This document shows, piece by piece, positions 1-10,488 of a DNA stretch of 64,000 bases. Origin of the DNA: Promethearchaeota archaeon (GTDB taxonomy: Archaea > Asgardarchaeota > Heimdallarchaeia > Hodarchaeales > Hodarchaeaceae). Location: positions 55,218-119,217 of the forward strand of contig JBHLMN010000005.1 in the NCBI GenBank assembly GCA_048938105.1. The letters run 5' to 3'. Positions within the stretch are counted from its first letter, which is position 1. Each line of letters starts with the position of its first letter. The translations under genes were made by a program, and so were the position numbers. The notes under the pieces were generated by a model, which searched no databases, was not told the DNA's origin, and saw only the letters and a program-made list of their open reading frames with translations.

Positions 1-1
1 T

Positions 2-1054
2 ATTCTTGGTAAAGTGTTTGAATATTTCCTAGGCCAATTTGCTGAAACAGAAGGTAAGAAAGGTGGTCAATTTTATACTCCTCCTAGTGTTGTAAAACTA
101 CTGATAGAAATGATCCAACCTTATAAGGGGAGAGTTTATGACCCGTGTTGTGGTTCTGGGGGAATGTTCGTACAAAGCGATGAGTTTGTTCAGTTTCATG
201 GTGGTAAAGCTAATGATATTAAAATTTATGGACAGGAATCAAATCGTAAAACGTGGAATCTTTGCAAAATGAATCTTGCGATTCATGGTATTAATGGTGA
301 CATTAAATGGGGAGATAGTTTCTCAAACGATTCACATAAGGATCTAAAAGCTGATTATATCCTAGCAAATCCCCCATTCAATCTTAAAGATTGGAAAGGG
401 GATCAATTCCGTCAGGATGCACGATGGAAATATGGGGTTCCCCCAATTAGAAATGCCAATTACGCTTGGATACAACATTTTATTCATCATTTATCTCCGT
501 CTGGAACCGCTGGTTTTATACTCACGAATGGATCATTAAGTTCAACAACGTCCAATGAGGGAAATATTCGGAAGAATATTGTAGAGGCCAATCTGGTTGA
601 CTGTATAGTGACCTTACCAGATAGACTCTTCTATAATACAAGTATCCCTGCATGTTTGTGGATCATAAAACAAAATGATATGGTTCGAAGAAAGGAAGTT
701 CTTTTCATAAATGCACGAGAATTTGGTGTGTTAGTAGATAGAATTCACAAACAACTTACTGAAAACGAAATTAAACGCATTTCTGAGACATATAATTCTT
801 GGAGAACTAGAATAGATGAGTATAGAGATATTCTTGGTTACTGTAAGTCAGTTAAAATAAACCAAATTCGTGAGAATAAATATATCTTGACCCCTGCTCG
901 TTATGTTGGAGTACCCATAATAGATGAAGAAGATGCATCTTTCGAAGAAAAAATGGATCAATTACTGACTGAACTTGCTGAACAGTTTAAGGAATCAGAG
1001 ACATTAATAGAAATAATGAGAGAAAATCTTGGTGATCTTGGTTTTGATCTTTAA
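2..1054 (+). CDS. hsdM: Type I restriction-modification methyltransferase subunit M (5'-partial)
   Basis: GQFYTP, YDPCCGSGG (motif I) and ANPPFN (motif IV). The frame is open to the window edge (ILGKVFEYFL) and is followed by an HsdS. Confidence 0.95.
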   Translation: MLGKVFEYFLGQFAETEGKKGGQFYTPPSVVKLLIEMIQPYKGRVYDPCCGSGGMFVQSDEFVQFHGGKANDIKIYGQESNRKTWNLCKMNLAIHGINGDIKWGDSFSNDSHKDLKADYILANPPFNLKDWKGDQFRQDARWKYGVPPIRNANYAWIQHFIHHLSPSGTAGFILTNGSLSSTTSNEGNIRKNIVEANLVDCIVTLPDRLFYNTSIPACLWIIKQNDMVRRKEVLFINAREFGVLVDRIHKQLTENEIKRISETYNSWRTRIDEYRDILGYCKSVKINQIRENKYILTPARYVGVPIIDEEDASFEEKMDQLLTELAEQFKESETLIEIMRENLGDLGFDL

Positions 1055-2408
1055 ACCAGGTACTCAATTCAAAGAAACTGAAGTAGGTACTATCCCTGTT
1101 GACTGGGAAATCAAAAAAATCAAACAAGTAGCTAAGATCAATGAATTACAGATCAATCAATCTTTCATTTATAAAGAAATAGATTATATTGATACTTCTT
1201 CGGTCAAGGAAGGAAAAGTAATAGGAATCAAAAGGATTTCAACTTCTCAAGCCCCGAGTAGAGCGAAAAGAGTTATCAGAGATAATGATATTCTTATTTC
1301 TACAGTTAGGCCCAATTTGAAACACTACGCGTTCATATTAAAAAGTTCAGGCCAATTAGTGGCATCTACAGGATTTATAGTTATTTCTGCGGTACAGATT
1401 GATCCCTATTTCTTATATTATTATTTGACCAGTAAGTACTATACGGACTTTTTGACAGCAATCGCGGATACTCATGCGTCAGCTTATCCCGCTTTTACCC
1501 CCGAGGTTGTTGAAAGGTCAGTTATACCAATACCACCTGTTATTGAGCAAAAAAGAATTGGGATAGTTCTGTCGACATTAGATAACAAGATTAAACTTAA
1601 CTTCAAGATAAATAATACCATTAAATCGATAGGTTATTTATTTTTCAAGTATTGGTTTGAAGAATTTAAGTTTCCTAAAATAAATGGCAATTTCCACAAA
1701 TCTAGTGGGGATTCATTTGTAATTGGAGATAATTCATATAATGATGTCCCAAAAGGTTGGCGAGTAGGTTCTATAGGGGATCTAGTTCAGGTTCAAGCAG
1801 GGTTTGCGTTTAAAAGTAAAGATTTCTTGGAACATGGTACTATCGGTGTCATCAAAATAAAGAATATCTCAGAAGATGTTGTTAATATTAAAGACACTCA
1901 GTATGTTTTAAAAGAAACAGTGTCAACTCTAGATGAAAGATTCTCAATTGATTCTGGAGCTATTCTTATAGCAATGACTGGAGCCAATGTAGGGAAAATT
2001 GGAATAGTTCCCAAAACTAATAGAGAGCTATGGTTAAATCAACGAGTTGGTATGTTTAAAGAAAGAGTAGAAAATGGTTTATATTTTATCTTCTTTTTAT
2101 TGTCCAGCAGAAGGTATCAACGGATTTTAAAGAATATAGCTAAGGGTACTGCCCAACCCAATATTAGCAGTTCAGATATTGAGTCCATAAAAATCTTTCT
2201 TCCTCCCAAAGCCATAATTAAGCAGTTTGGTTGCTTCTTTGATCCATTCTTTCAATATATAATCAATAATCTAGATGAAAATGAAAAATTCTTTGAATTA
2301 AGGGAGAGGCTCCTTCCTAAACTGATGTCAGGGAAAATACGGTTAAGAAACAATAACAGTGAGAATCCAGGAATTGAAGAATCACTCAAAAAAGGTTTAG
2401 TGATTTGA
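1029..2408 (+). CDS. hsdS: Type I R-M specificity subunit S
   Basis: Two TRDs with conserved spacers (IPVDWE, PPVIEQKRI, VPKGWRV, LRERLLPKLMSGKIR). Overlaps the hsdM stop. True start may be TTG 1038 after GGTGA. Confidence 0.93.
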   Translation: MVILVLIFKPGTQFKETEVGTIPVDWEIKKIKQVAKINELQINQSFIYKEIDYIDTSSVKEGKVIGIKRISTSQAPSRAKRVIRDNDILISTVRPNLKHYAFILKSSGQLVASTGFIVISAVQIDPYFLYYYLTSKYYTDFLTAIADTHASAYPAFTPEVVERSVIPIPPVIEQKRIGIVLSTLDNKIKLNFKINNTIKSIGYLFFKYWFEEFKFPKINGNFHKSSGDSFVIGDNSYNDVPKGWRVGSIGDLVQVQAGFAFKSKDFLEHGTIGVIKIKNISEDVVNIKDTQYVLKETVSTLDERFSIDSGAILIAMTGANVGKIGIVPKTNRELWLNQRVGMFKERVENGLYFIFFLLSSRRYQRILKNIAKGTAQPNISSSDIESIKIFLPPKAIIKQFGCFFDPFFQYIINNLDENEKFFELRERLLPKLMSGKIRLRNNNSENPGIEESLKKGLVI

Positions 2409-3038
2409 ATGTTTGAATATCAAATAATTGGTCTCTTCTTTGCGATTAATCTAACTATCTATTTAGCTGTATCTCTTCCTTTAGATTTAGTAACATATCA
2501 TAGGAATTCCAAAAGTGGAAGAGAACGTTCCGATCAAATTGATATCAAGCCTATGATGATTATTACATTTCTAATTTCTGTTTATATGTGGTTAATATTC
2601 CTTTTTGTCCCCATTGACGCACTTTTTGCTTTTAATATCATATACATTGCAAATTACGACTTTGATCCTTGGACTTTAATTATTCAAATTTTTGGCTTTA
2701 TTATAGTATTCATTGCCACTTTAATAGCTTCTTGGGGACGGATTTCTCGTGGACGTCGTGCGTTTTCTTGGGGGATTCCCAAGAACCTTGAAAAAAAAGG
2801 AATGTACAAATATATTCGACACCCTCTCTATGCTTCCTATTGTTATTATTTCCTAGGTTTTGTACTAATTCTTCAAAATCTACTAATTTTACCTCTCCTA
2901 ATTGGGATATATGGCTATTATAATTTATCAAAATATGAGGAAGCAATTTTAATTGACCATTTTGACGAAGAATATATTGATTATCAAAATAGAGTGGGAC
3001 GTTTTTTCCCTCGGTTGAGAAGAAGAAACACAACATGA
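2409..3038 (+). CDS. Isoprenylcysteine carboxyl methyltransferase / PEMT family membrane protein
   Basis: Several TM segments, GMYKYIRHPLY, EE-x3-L-x3-F and Y-x2-Y-x3-V-x-RFFP. Confidence 0.85.
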   Translation: MFEYQIIGLFFAINLTIYLAVSLPLDLVTYHRNSKSGRERSDQIDIKPMMIITFLISVYMWLIFLFVPIDALFAFNIIYIANYDFDPWTLIIQIFGFIIVFIATLIASWGRISRGRRAFSWGIPKNLEKKGMYKYIRHPLYASYCYYFLGFVLILQNLLILPLLIGIYGYYNLSKYEEAILIDHFDEEYIDYQNRVGRFFPRLRRRNTT

Positions 3039-3069
3039 TCAGGGGGTGTGATTTCACTCATCATGCAAG

Positions 3070-5844
3070 CTAGGGGAGGAAGAAGGCATCAGGCCATCCC
3101 TGATACTCGTTTATCTTATTGTCAATCTCTTCCATCAATATGATTGTTTCTTGAATTACTTTTACTATCTTTCCGAAGAAATTAACATCATTCTCTGTTA
3201 ATGTTATGTTCTTGTGGTCTTTTAACCATTTCTGACATACTTGATACCCTCCAATATAAAAACTGTAGACCTCTTTTGGTACTCCTTTGAAATACTGATT
3301 CTCATTTATTCTAATTCTATTATCTGAAGTATATCGCACTCTTTTGATTACTGTGTTTGTAGTATTACCATTTCCTCCTAGTCTAACCTTGTGATCATTT
3401 AATCTCTCTGGCTTCAATAAATGTAGATCTATTAACTCACTTCCCATTTCTTTTAGTTCATAAAATAATTCTAATTTATTAGGAAAAAGGATTCTTGGGA
3501 AGTCGATTTTCAAAAAGTTTTCGTATCTCTTTCGATATTCTTTTGAATGGAGGATGGCATATACATAATAGACAATATCTTTAGCCGATGGATTGTTATT
3601 TATTTTGAATTTTTCTTCTATGAACATCTTAAATCTTTTTGAGAAATTTATCTCTCTCTTAAGACCATTTCTTGTTTTTTTAAATAAAAAAAGTGGAAAG
3701 ATTGGCGCATTATTACCTGGTCGTGTTGCCATGACACCTAACTCTATTATGTCTTCTGTAATCTGAATATCTCTCCAAGGAGCGGGTCTAGAATTCCTTG
3801 ATACAATTAAACCTAAATTTTCACCAGTGATCATGTGTTTCATGACTTTATTTCTTGGTCTCTCATGAAATCCTCTTGATTTACCCGTATAAAATGTATA
3901 TCGTATTTCAAATGGTCGATAGTGAATGGGTACGATATTCTTTTCAATGCAATTGCGTAACTTAATCTTAGTCATAGTTTTATTTAAGCCATGTTCTCTA
4001 AGATCGTAAACAGATTTCTCTAATGCCCATTGTCGTTTGTCTTTCATCAAATTATGTTTTTTTCTGAAACAATCTTCAGGTAATAGAATTAGATCTTCAA
4101 CAATTTCCTTAACTTTTTCTGGGGTATATTGTATTGTGAGCTGATCCTGTCCAGTCATAATTCCTACAGAGTAGATTGGAAAAATATCTGTAATTTTCCA
4201 CCCAGATTTATATTCTACCCATCTTTTCATCTCCAATTGGTAAAACATATACCATGGACTAAATGAATCAATCTTTTTCCAATCAATTGTTAAGATATCG
4301 TTATTTTTTAGAAATTCATATTTATTTTCTCTTAGTCCCCACAGATCGAATTTGAATATGTCCACATCTCCACTTTTATTTGGATTTTTTATGAAAAATG
4401 ATATGCAAGCTCCTTGTTGGATGTCAAATACATTTTCATCTTTTGATCCATCTGGACACTTTTCTTTCCGTCGTGCATTTCCATGAAGATCAAGAATAAA
4501 AATATCGGTAAAAGTTCTCATTAGTTGTTGTCTCATACCTCGAAAAGTAGGATTGTCCAGAAAACTGTGGTTAGTAATAAATGCTAATATACCATATCCT
4601 GTCTTCTCTATCCGCCATTGACCAAACCTGATAAACTTTACATAATCATCATTGAGCCACTTAGGATTCTTCTCCCCTAATGGTTTCCCATCAACCTCAA
4701 AATAGTTGGATATCCTAGTTTCATCAGTTACCCTACCTCTTAAAAGATCATCAATCCATTGTGAGTTATTAGCAGAATGACCTGAATAAGGAGGATTACC
4801 TATCACTACAGAGATTGGAAAGTTCATTTTAATTCTATAGGCATCTTCTGCTTCCTTTGAGAAGAATCTAGAAAGTGATGAATCCGTGATAAGAGTTTCC
4901 CCTCTTTTATAAGAGCCCTCTAAGGTATTAGCTAAATATATTCCTAATCGTGCTTGATTCTGAAAAGTATAACCAGTTTCTCGTAGTTTTAATCCAAGTT
5001 TATAGTGAGCTATTGTGTATGGAGCTATTAATAGTTCAAAGGCAAAAAGCCTTGATAAAAGATTGTTACTAACATAAGAGTTCCAATTTTGCTGGAATAT
5101 TTCTTCATTCAAAGTATTATGCTTTTTTTTAAAGAAGTTATATGTTAAGTCAATTATATGGCTTAAAAAAGTACCTGTTCCAGTTGTTGGATCAAGAATT
5201 TGTACTTTCGGTATTTTTTCCCCATTTACAATATTATAAGATTCATCTGCAAGTCCATCCTTACAATTGAAATGTGTTTGAAGAATCAAATTGACTGAAC
5301 GAACTATAAATGAAACTACAGTATCCGGAGTATAAAAAACCCCACGATTAATTTTCTGAGATGGATCATAATATTCTAGGAATTCTTCATAAAAACGGAT
5401 TATTGGATCTTCGATATTCTTATTTTTTCCATCTTCCCAGATAACAGAATCAATATCGACATTTTTAAGTATCTGAACTAATTCATGGATTCCAAGATCT
5501 TCTAAACTCATTCTAGGAATTTGATCTTTGCTGAATCTCAATAACCTATTTAGAAAAGGATTGACCTTTGGAATTAAAGATAGGATTTTATCCAAGCAAA
5601 ATTCTTTTGATTGGGTAGTTCGCAAAGAAAATAAACCAAGCGTTACCGTCTGAGCATACATGTCTGCAAACGATTCCAACGTGAGATTATCTGATAATGC
5701 GCTTTTTATTTCTTGAAAAATATAGTGAAAATGCCCACTCTCCTCTTCCTTAGAAAATGTTCGGTGTACGTTCCCACGAATATTGATAGCAATTTGAGCT
5801 AAATTTTTGGAGAGTTCTTGAGAGGTTGTTATAATGTCTTCCAT
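3070..5844 (-). CDS. Type ISP/IIG-like N6-adenine DNA methyltransferase with C-terminal specificity domain, no N-terminal nuclease
   Basis: FADMYAQT, RGVFYTP, ILDPTTGTGTF, VIGNPPY, DDYVKF and C-terminal IGGYQV-x2-KWLK. Confidence 0.88.
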   Translation of the reverse strand: MEDIITTSQELSKNLAQIAINIRGNVHRTFSKEEESGHFHYIFQEIKSALSDNLTLESFADMYAQTVTLGLFSLRTTQSKEFCLDKILSLIPKVNPFLNRLLRFSKDQIPRMSLEDLGIHELVQILKNVDIDSVIWEDGKNKNIEDPIIRFYEEFLEYYDPSQKINRGVFYTPDTVVSFIVRSVNLILQTHFNCKDGLADESYNIVNGEKIPKVQILDPTTGTGTFLSHIIDLTYNFFKKKHNTLNEEIFQQNWNSYVSNNLLSRLFAFELLIAPYTIAHYKLGLKLRETGYTFQNQARLGIYLANTLEGSYKRGETLITDSSLSRFFSKEAEDAYRIKMNFPISVVIGNPPYSGHSANNSQWIDDLLRGRVTDETRISNYFEVDGKPLGEKNPKWLNDDYVKFIRFGQWRIEKTGYGILAFITNHSFLDNPTFRGMRQQLMRTFTDIFILDLHGNARRKEKCPDGSKDENVFDIQQGACISFFIKNPNKSGDVDIFKFDLWGLRENKYEFLKNNDILTIDWKKIDSFSPWYMFYQLEMKRWVEYKSGWKITDIFPIYSVGIMTGQDQLTIQYTPEKVKEIVEDLILLPEDCFRKKHNLMKDKRQWALEKSVYDLREHGLNKTMTKIKLRNCIEKNIVPIHYRPFEIRYTFYTGKSRGFHERPRNKVMKHMITGENLGLIVSRNSRPAPWRDIQITEDIIELGVMATRPGNNAPIFPLFLFKKTRNGLKREINFSKRFKMFIEEKFKINNNPSAKDIVYYVYAILHSKEYRKRYENFLKIDFPRILFPNKLELFYELKEMGSELIDLHLLKPERLNDHKVRLGGNGNTTNTVIKRVRYTSDNRIRINENQYFKGVPKEVYSFYIGGYQVCQKWLKDHKNITLTENDVNFFGKIVKVIQETIILMEEIDNKINEYQGWPDAFFLP

Positions 5845-6075
5845 TGATTTTTGCTATTCCCCAGTCTTTAAAAAAATAATTTCCATTCTTAGGATCGACA
5901 CCTTTTAGAAAGCTACAAAAGATATGAGTGGTATTAAAAAAACACTGTGTAAGAATCCGAAAGTCTCTCCCAATCATTGTTTAAGTATGGCTTTATCTTG
6001 ACATAACAATAAAAGAGACTTATATCATTAGTCGTATTACATTTAGAAATATATACCTCATAGAGGCACAAATTT

Positions 6076-6924
6076 ATGGACATAAGACATCTATGGCGAG
6101 GAAAATCTCGCGGAGTAACACCAGTTGTTGCCACAGTTCTTTTGATCGGTTTGGTGGCGATTGCAGGCATTGCAATCGCTTTGGTGATATTTGGGACGAT
6201 AAACTCACCTCCACCGATTGAAGTAAGAATTCTCTCTATTTCTGATTTTGAGACAACAGACACCAATACCTTAATCGACCAGTTTTCTGTGACCCTTCAT
6301 AACGTAGAACGTACCAACCTACGTTTAGAAGTTGATTCTTTTACATTGGAGTATAAGAATGGTACAATGATACCTGGATGGGGTATGGATCCTAAACAAT
6401 CCGAAATATACCTATCTGCTAGAACAATAGAAACAATTCCTCTGATATGTGATCCAATCGCGGGTATTGAATTACCTCCAGACCAAGACGCAATTTATAT
6501 CGAAGTCACAGTTTTCCCTAAAGATAGTACCAGTCAGCGATCTGCAAGAACATTTCGTTCGAATTTACTTCTAATTGGGAGTACACATGGTCCCATATTC
6601 TTGGAATACCAAGCTACAACTCTGAATCTGGTTGATACTGGATTGAAAATTAATTTTATAACAATCAATAATGGAAGCAAAGATCAAAGTTTCAAACTTG
6701 AGCTCTATACCAATTCTCCTGAAAACATTACTTTTACAATAGGTAATATTAACCGTACTACGGTATTATTTTCGATCGCGGGTTACAACACCACAACTAT
6801 AAACGTTACTGTCTTCCCGACTGATCGTGTTACTGTTGGTGACTCATATATTGTTGTAGCTTTCCTCTGGAGGCAATCTGATCTGCAGTTAGTTTCCTCT
6901 GTGAGTTTTGTTTTGACTTACTAA
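6076..6924 (+). CDS. Archaeal type IV pilin-like protein (class III signal peptide)
   Basis: KSRG|VTPVVATVLLIGLVAIAG matches the PibD/FlaK cleavage motif, followed by beta-rich domains. Confidence 0.85.
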   Translation: MDIRHLWRGKSRGVTPVVATVLLIGLVAIAGIAIALVIFGTINSPPPIEVRILSISDFETTDTNTLIDQFSVTLHNVERTNLRLEVDSFTLEYKNGTMIPGWGMDPKQSEIYLSARTIETIPLICDPIAGIELPPDQDAIYIEVTVFPKDSTSQRSARTFRSNLLLIGSTHGPIFLEYQATTLNLVDTGLKINFITINNGSKDQSFKLELYTNSPENITFTIGNINRTTVLFSIAGYNTTTINVTVFPTDRVTVGDSYIVVAFLWRQSDLQLVSSVSFVLTY

Positions 6925-7081
6925 GATATTACCTTTTACTCAAGTAGTTTCTTCAAGAGATTATATTAAGGAAATCCTACTTTTAGACTAATTTCTTTCT
7001 TGTTGTAACCTTTTTTAACCTTAGAATTACAAATTATTAAGTGAAACATCAAATTGAGGTAATTATTGTCTTTAAATTACT

Positions 7082-9193
7082 CTAATTTTTCATTTCTTCT
7101 TCTAAAATAGCATCAATTCTTTTTATTAAGTCAGGATTATGAGATTTATTAGCTGTTCTTAATTCCTGAGCTAATTCAAGTAATCTGTTTTTTGATTTTG
7201 TGGATATTTTGAATGGATTTAGGATCAGTGTTTTCATCATCTCTTTTGGTTCTAATTTAAGTGTGTCGCCACCATAACATCTTCCAGCATTTCTTAAGGA
7301 GGTAGTAGTGGTATTAGAATTAAAAATCACCCAAAAAAGTGTCAAAATTTCTTCTGAGAGTTTCTTCTTCATTTTAGGATAAATCATAAGAAAAGTATTC
7401 AATGGCCTAATTTGTGCTTCATTCAGGATGAATCTCGGTTTTCCACGGCTTAAATAAGTATATAAAAAATATGGAATGGCTCTTTCTTCAGTTTTGTACC
7501 AAAACTTTCTTGTCTTAACTAAGCTACCTTTATGAACATCCTGTTTTAGTCCAAATTTAATGTAATTTTGAAGATCTTGGTCTTGAATGCTTTTTATTTC
7601 TTGTTGGATGTAAAGTAACCAAACCTTTCTATTTTCCTTCTTTAAAAAATTAAAATCTTCCTTTGAAAAGATATATTTTTGGACGTAGCGTGTTTTAGTT
7701 AAAGTTGGAACAACATACTCAGGCTTAATCTTATGATTCGTTAATTCTTCATTAGTAAATGTAAAAAAATTATTGTTTCCTGTAGCAATACCTCGCATAA
7801 CCTTGAAAAAAGATGAAAATTCAACGAGTTTATCATTTCTTTCATAATCTGAGAACGCTTCTGTTCCAGTCCAATTCCGTTCAGGGTCAAGTTCTGTCTG
7901 TTTTTTACTGTGTAATTCTCCATCTGACCATTCAAAGACCTCATTACTTTCAATTTTGAGATAATTCAGAATTTTTTCCTTTGAGGTCCATTCCTTCAGT
8001 ATCAAAAGTTTTGTTACATCTGTTTCTTGTGGTTTCTTTCCTTCAATTGTGAAAATACACCCAGCAGTATCAACACCAGGGAATACATTTAACGAATGAT
8101 GAAAAACAATTATATAGGGAATCCTATATCTTTTCTTTAAGATTTTTTTCAAATAATAACTGTTTCGCGACTCAAAAATTATTGTTGGAGTAATAAACAC
8201 CATTCGACCATTTTTAATTAAAAGTTTCAAAGATTTAAGGATAAAGTACATGAATAAACTGGAAATTCTATTGAATTTTCCTCCAAAGTAATTTTCAATT
8301 TCATTTCCTATCTCCTCCTTAATTTTTGGAGAGATTACATGATGACGAGAATAGGGAGGATTACACACAATACAATCAAATCCATTTAATTTAGATTCTA
8401 GATAGGAATCAAGGCCTGAGTTCAAGGCCGAAACATCGTTGATACTATGATTGAAGCTATTTACAGGCTTTGTGAGAAAATCACCTTGGATAATTTCTAC
8501 ATCATAGTGTGAATTGTACAAATTAACCTTACATATTTCATATAACAAAGGATGAAGTTCTACCCCAGTTATTTTCCCACGAAACTCAGATGATATAGTT
8601 TGAAGAGCGTGAATAAAGGTACCTGGCCCGATACATGGATCTAGAATGTTTCGTGGATTGTTTTTTAGTGATAATTCAACCATAAATTCTGCTATTTGAT
8701 TTGGAGTCCAAAATTGCCCTAGTTTTCGCCTATACTTTTGATCTAAAACCTCTAAATATATAGATGACATTAATTCTTGTGAGTGGTTTTCAAAGTCTTC
8801 ATCAAATTGGAGTAAAGATTTCGAAATAATAAGAGAACTTAAATTGGCAATAATGTCCAGAATAGAGGAAATAAATGTCTGAGGGTAAGTTTGTTTGAGA
8901 AGGTCAGAGACTGTCTGATAAGTGGCATAAATCGTCTTACTATCCAGTGGACCTGTGCCATAAAAGGCAATAAATCTAAGACGATTGAGAATGAGTAAAG
9001 CAGCAAGCTTTCTAAAGATATCTAATGATTCTAAAGGAATCTCAGTCAATTTAGAAAAAGATGATAATAGATCTAAATCATAGTTGCCTAATTTTTCGAT
9101 AAAATTAACTGGAATGGAATTAATAATGGACTGAAATGTCCTTTCTAGCAATGGCGGAGAATTTTGAGTCATTATTTTCTTGTTCCATTTCAT
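7082..9193 (-). CDS. N6-adenine DNA methyltransferase (Eco57I/TaqI-like, gamma class)
   Basis: LGQFWTP, ILDPCIGPGTF, CNPPY, RGIATG and YGGDTLKLEPKE. Confidence 0.88.
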   Translation of the reverse strand: MKWNKKIMTQNSPPLLERTFQSIINSIPVNFIEKLGNYDLDLLSSFSKLTEIPLESLDIFRKLAALLILNRLRFIAFYGTGPLDSKTIYATYQTVSDLLKQTYPQTFISSILDIIANLSSLIISKSLLQFDEDFENHSQELMSSIYLEVLDQKYRRKLGQFWTPNQIAEFMVELSLKNNPRNILDPCIGPGTFIHALQTISSEFRGKITGVELHPLLYEICKVNLYNSHYDVEIIQGDFLTKPVNSFNHSINDVSALNSGLDSYLESKLNGFDCIVCNPPYSRHHVISPKIKEEIGNEIENYFGGKFNRISSLFMYFILKSLKLLIKNGRMVFITPTIIFESRNSYYLKKILKKRYRIPYIIVFHHSLNVFPGVDTAGCIFTIEGKKPQETDVTKLLILKEWTSKEKILNYLKIESNEVFEWSDGELHSKKQTELDPERNWTGTEAFSDYERNDKLVEFSSFFKVMRGIATGNNNFFTFTNEELTNHKIKPEYVVPTLTKTRYVQKYIFSKEDFNFLKKENRKVWLLYIQQEIKSIQDQDLQNYIKFGLKQDVHKGSLVKTRKFWYKTEERAIPYFLYTYLSRGKPRFILNEAQIRPLNTFLMIYPKMKKKLSEEILTLFWVIFNSNTTTTSLRNAGRCYGGDTLKLEPKEMMKTLILNPFKISTKSKNRLLELAQELRTANKSHNPDLIKRIDAILEEEMKN

Positions 9194-9654
9194 CAGACAA
9201 TATAAGGTATCTTTGCAGGTTCTAATCCTAATAAACGAAAATAGACAAGTATTTGGCCTCGGTGTTGGATGCCATGTTCTAACATCTCCAATAAAACTTC
9301 TGCCTTAGTAGCTGGATGATTGAAATCCTCTAGTACATCGTTAAGTGCGATTGGCGATATTTCATTGAGATAACTTTTCACTTTATGTATCACATCTTCA
9401 TATAAGTTCTTTATGTTTGAAGCTGAACTATAAGTAGTTAAGTTATACGCTAATGGCTCCCAATGATCCGTGATTAACCCTCGTGAGTAATATTCGAGTG
9501 AACGGATAATGTGAAGTACTATCTCGCCTAAAGAACGACCTGATTGTACAGGTTCAGCTAATAGGATATGATCTGTTAATTGATCGATGAGTAATCTAGT
9601 TTCATCAAAATATCGATCAATTGCCGATTGTAAAAAAGTGTAAACATCATTCAT
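9193..9654 (-). CDS. DinB family protein
   Basis: RSLGEIVLHI and EHGIQHRGQI form the His triad; ends LGLEP. Confidence 0.85.
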   Translation of the reverse strand: MNDVYTFLQSAIDRYFDETRLLIDQLTDHILLAEPVQSGRSLGEIVLHIIRSLEYYSRGLITDHWEPLAYNLTTYSSASNIKNLYEDVIHKVKSYLNEISPIALNDVLEDFNHPATKAEVLLEMLEHGIQHRGQILVYFRLLGLEPAKIPYIV

Positions 9655-9686
9655 GTTACCATCTCACTCTCTTTTCCTTAATCTCT

Positions 9687-10460
9687 TTACACTTGAAATA
9701 ATGATTTCGCTACATCTACCATTTTAGCGAACTTTGCGTTTTTCGTTTTCATATAAGAGATCAAACGATCTAAAACGTTAATTCGATACGCATGGCCAAT
9801 ACAAGCTGGATGAAAGGTATAATTTAGTATTCGGAGATTTGATTGTATGTCTTCCATCTCTAGGATAGCATCAAATTGGCTTTTCCAAATGTCAAAAGCA
9901 ACTGTAGGAGATTGTTGATGGTCTTCAAAAATGACCCAATCATCTAGAAACCATTCTACTGGAAATTCAACCATTTTATTTTGTGATTCGGGAAAACTAA
10001 GAAAATATGGATGATCATCTGCCATCAAACTGGAATCATAGATATATCCAGCATCCATAATTAATTTCAAGGTATCTGATGACAGTTTAAAGTAAGGTGC
10101 ACGAAATCCATATACTTTTTTCGCATATTGTTCTAAAATTTTCGTTGTATCATCTATTATGGCTTTCTCCACATCAATTGAGAGAGTGTCAAAATATTCA
10201 TGGAGATATCCATGTGCTGCTATTTCATGTTCATTGGCAACAATTTTTTTCGTTAATTCTGGGTATTTCTCGGCCACCCAACCACATACGAAGAATGTTG
10301 CTTTAATTTCGTGCTTGTTGAGTAAAGAAAGAATTCTTGGGACTCCCCTTCTGATAGCAAAAAGCCCTTTTGAAATCCTTCCTGGCTCTTCAAGCTGTCT
10401 AACTTGAACACTATCCGCATCAAAATCAAACGTTATGCAAACTGTGATTTCATTATTCAA
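9687..10460 (-). CDS. Polysaccharide deacetylase (CE4, PuuE/PgdA-like)
   Basis: TFDFD, ATFFV, HEIAAHGYLHE, GFRAPY and YDSS. Confidence 0.9.
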   Translation of the reverse strand: MNNEITVCITFDFDADSVQVRQLEEPGRISKGLFAIRRGVPRILSLLNKHEIKATFFVCGWVAEKYPELTKKIVANEHEIAAHGYLHEYFDTLSIDVEKAIIDDTTKILEQYAKKVYGFRAPYFKLSSDTLKLIMDAGYIYDSSLMADDHPYFLSFPESQNKMVEFPVEWFLDDWVIFEDHQQSPTVAFDIWKSQFDAILEMEDIQSNLRILNYTFHPACIGHAYRINVLDRLISYMKTKNAKFAKMVDVAKSLFQV

Positions 10461-10488
10461 CTTTAATACCTCTTAAATCTGGCAACAA

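Noticed and set aside
5750-6266. Short minus-strand ORFs as the missing nuclease of the type ISP-like gene
   Set aside because: No PD-(D/E)xK or helicase motif, and one is antisense to the pilin.
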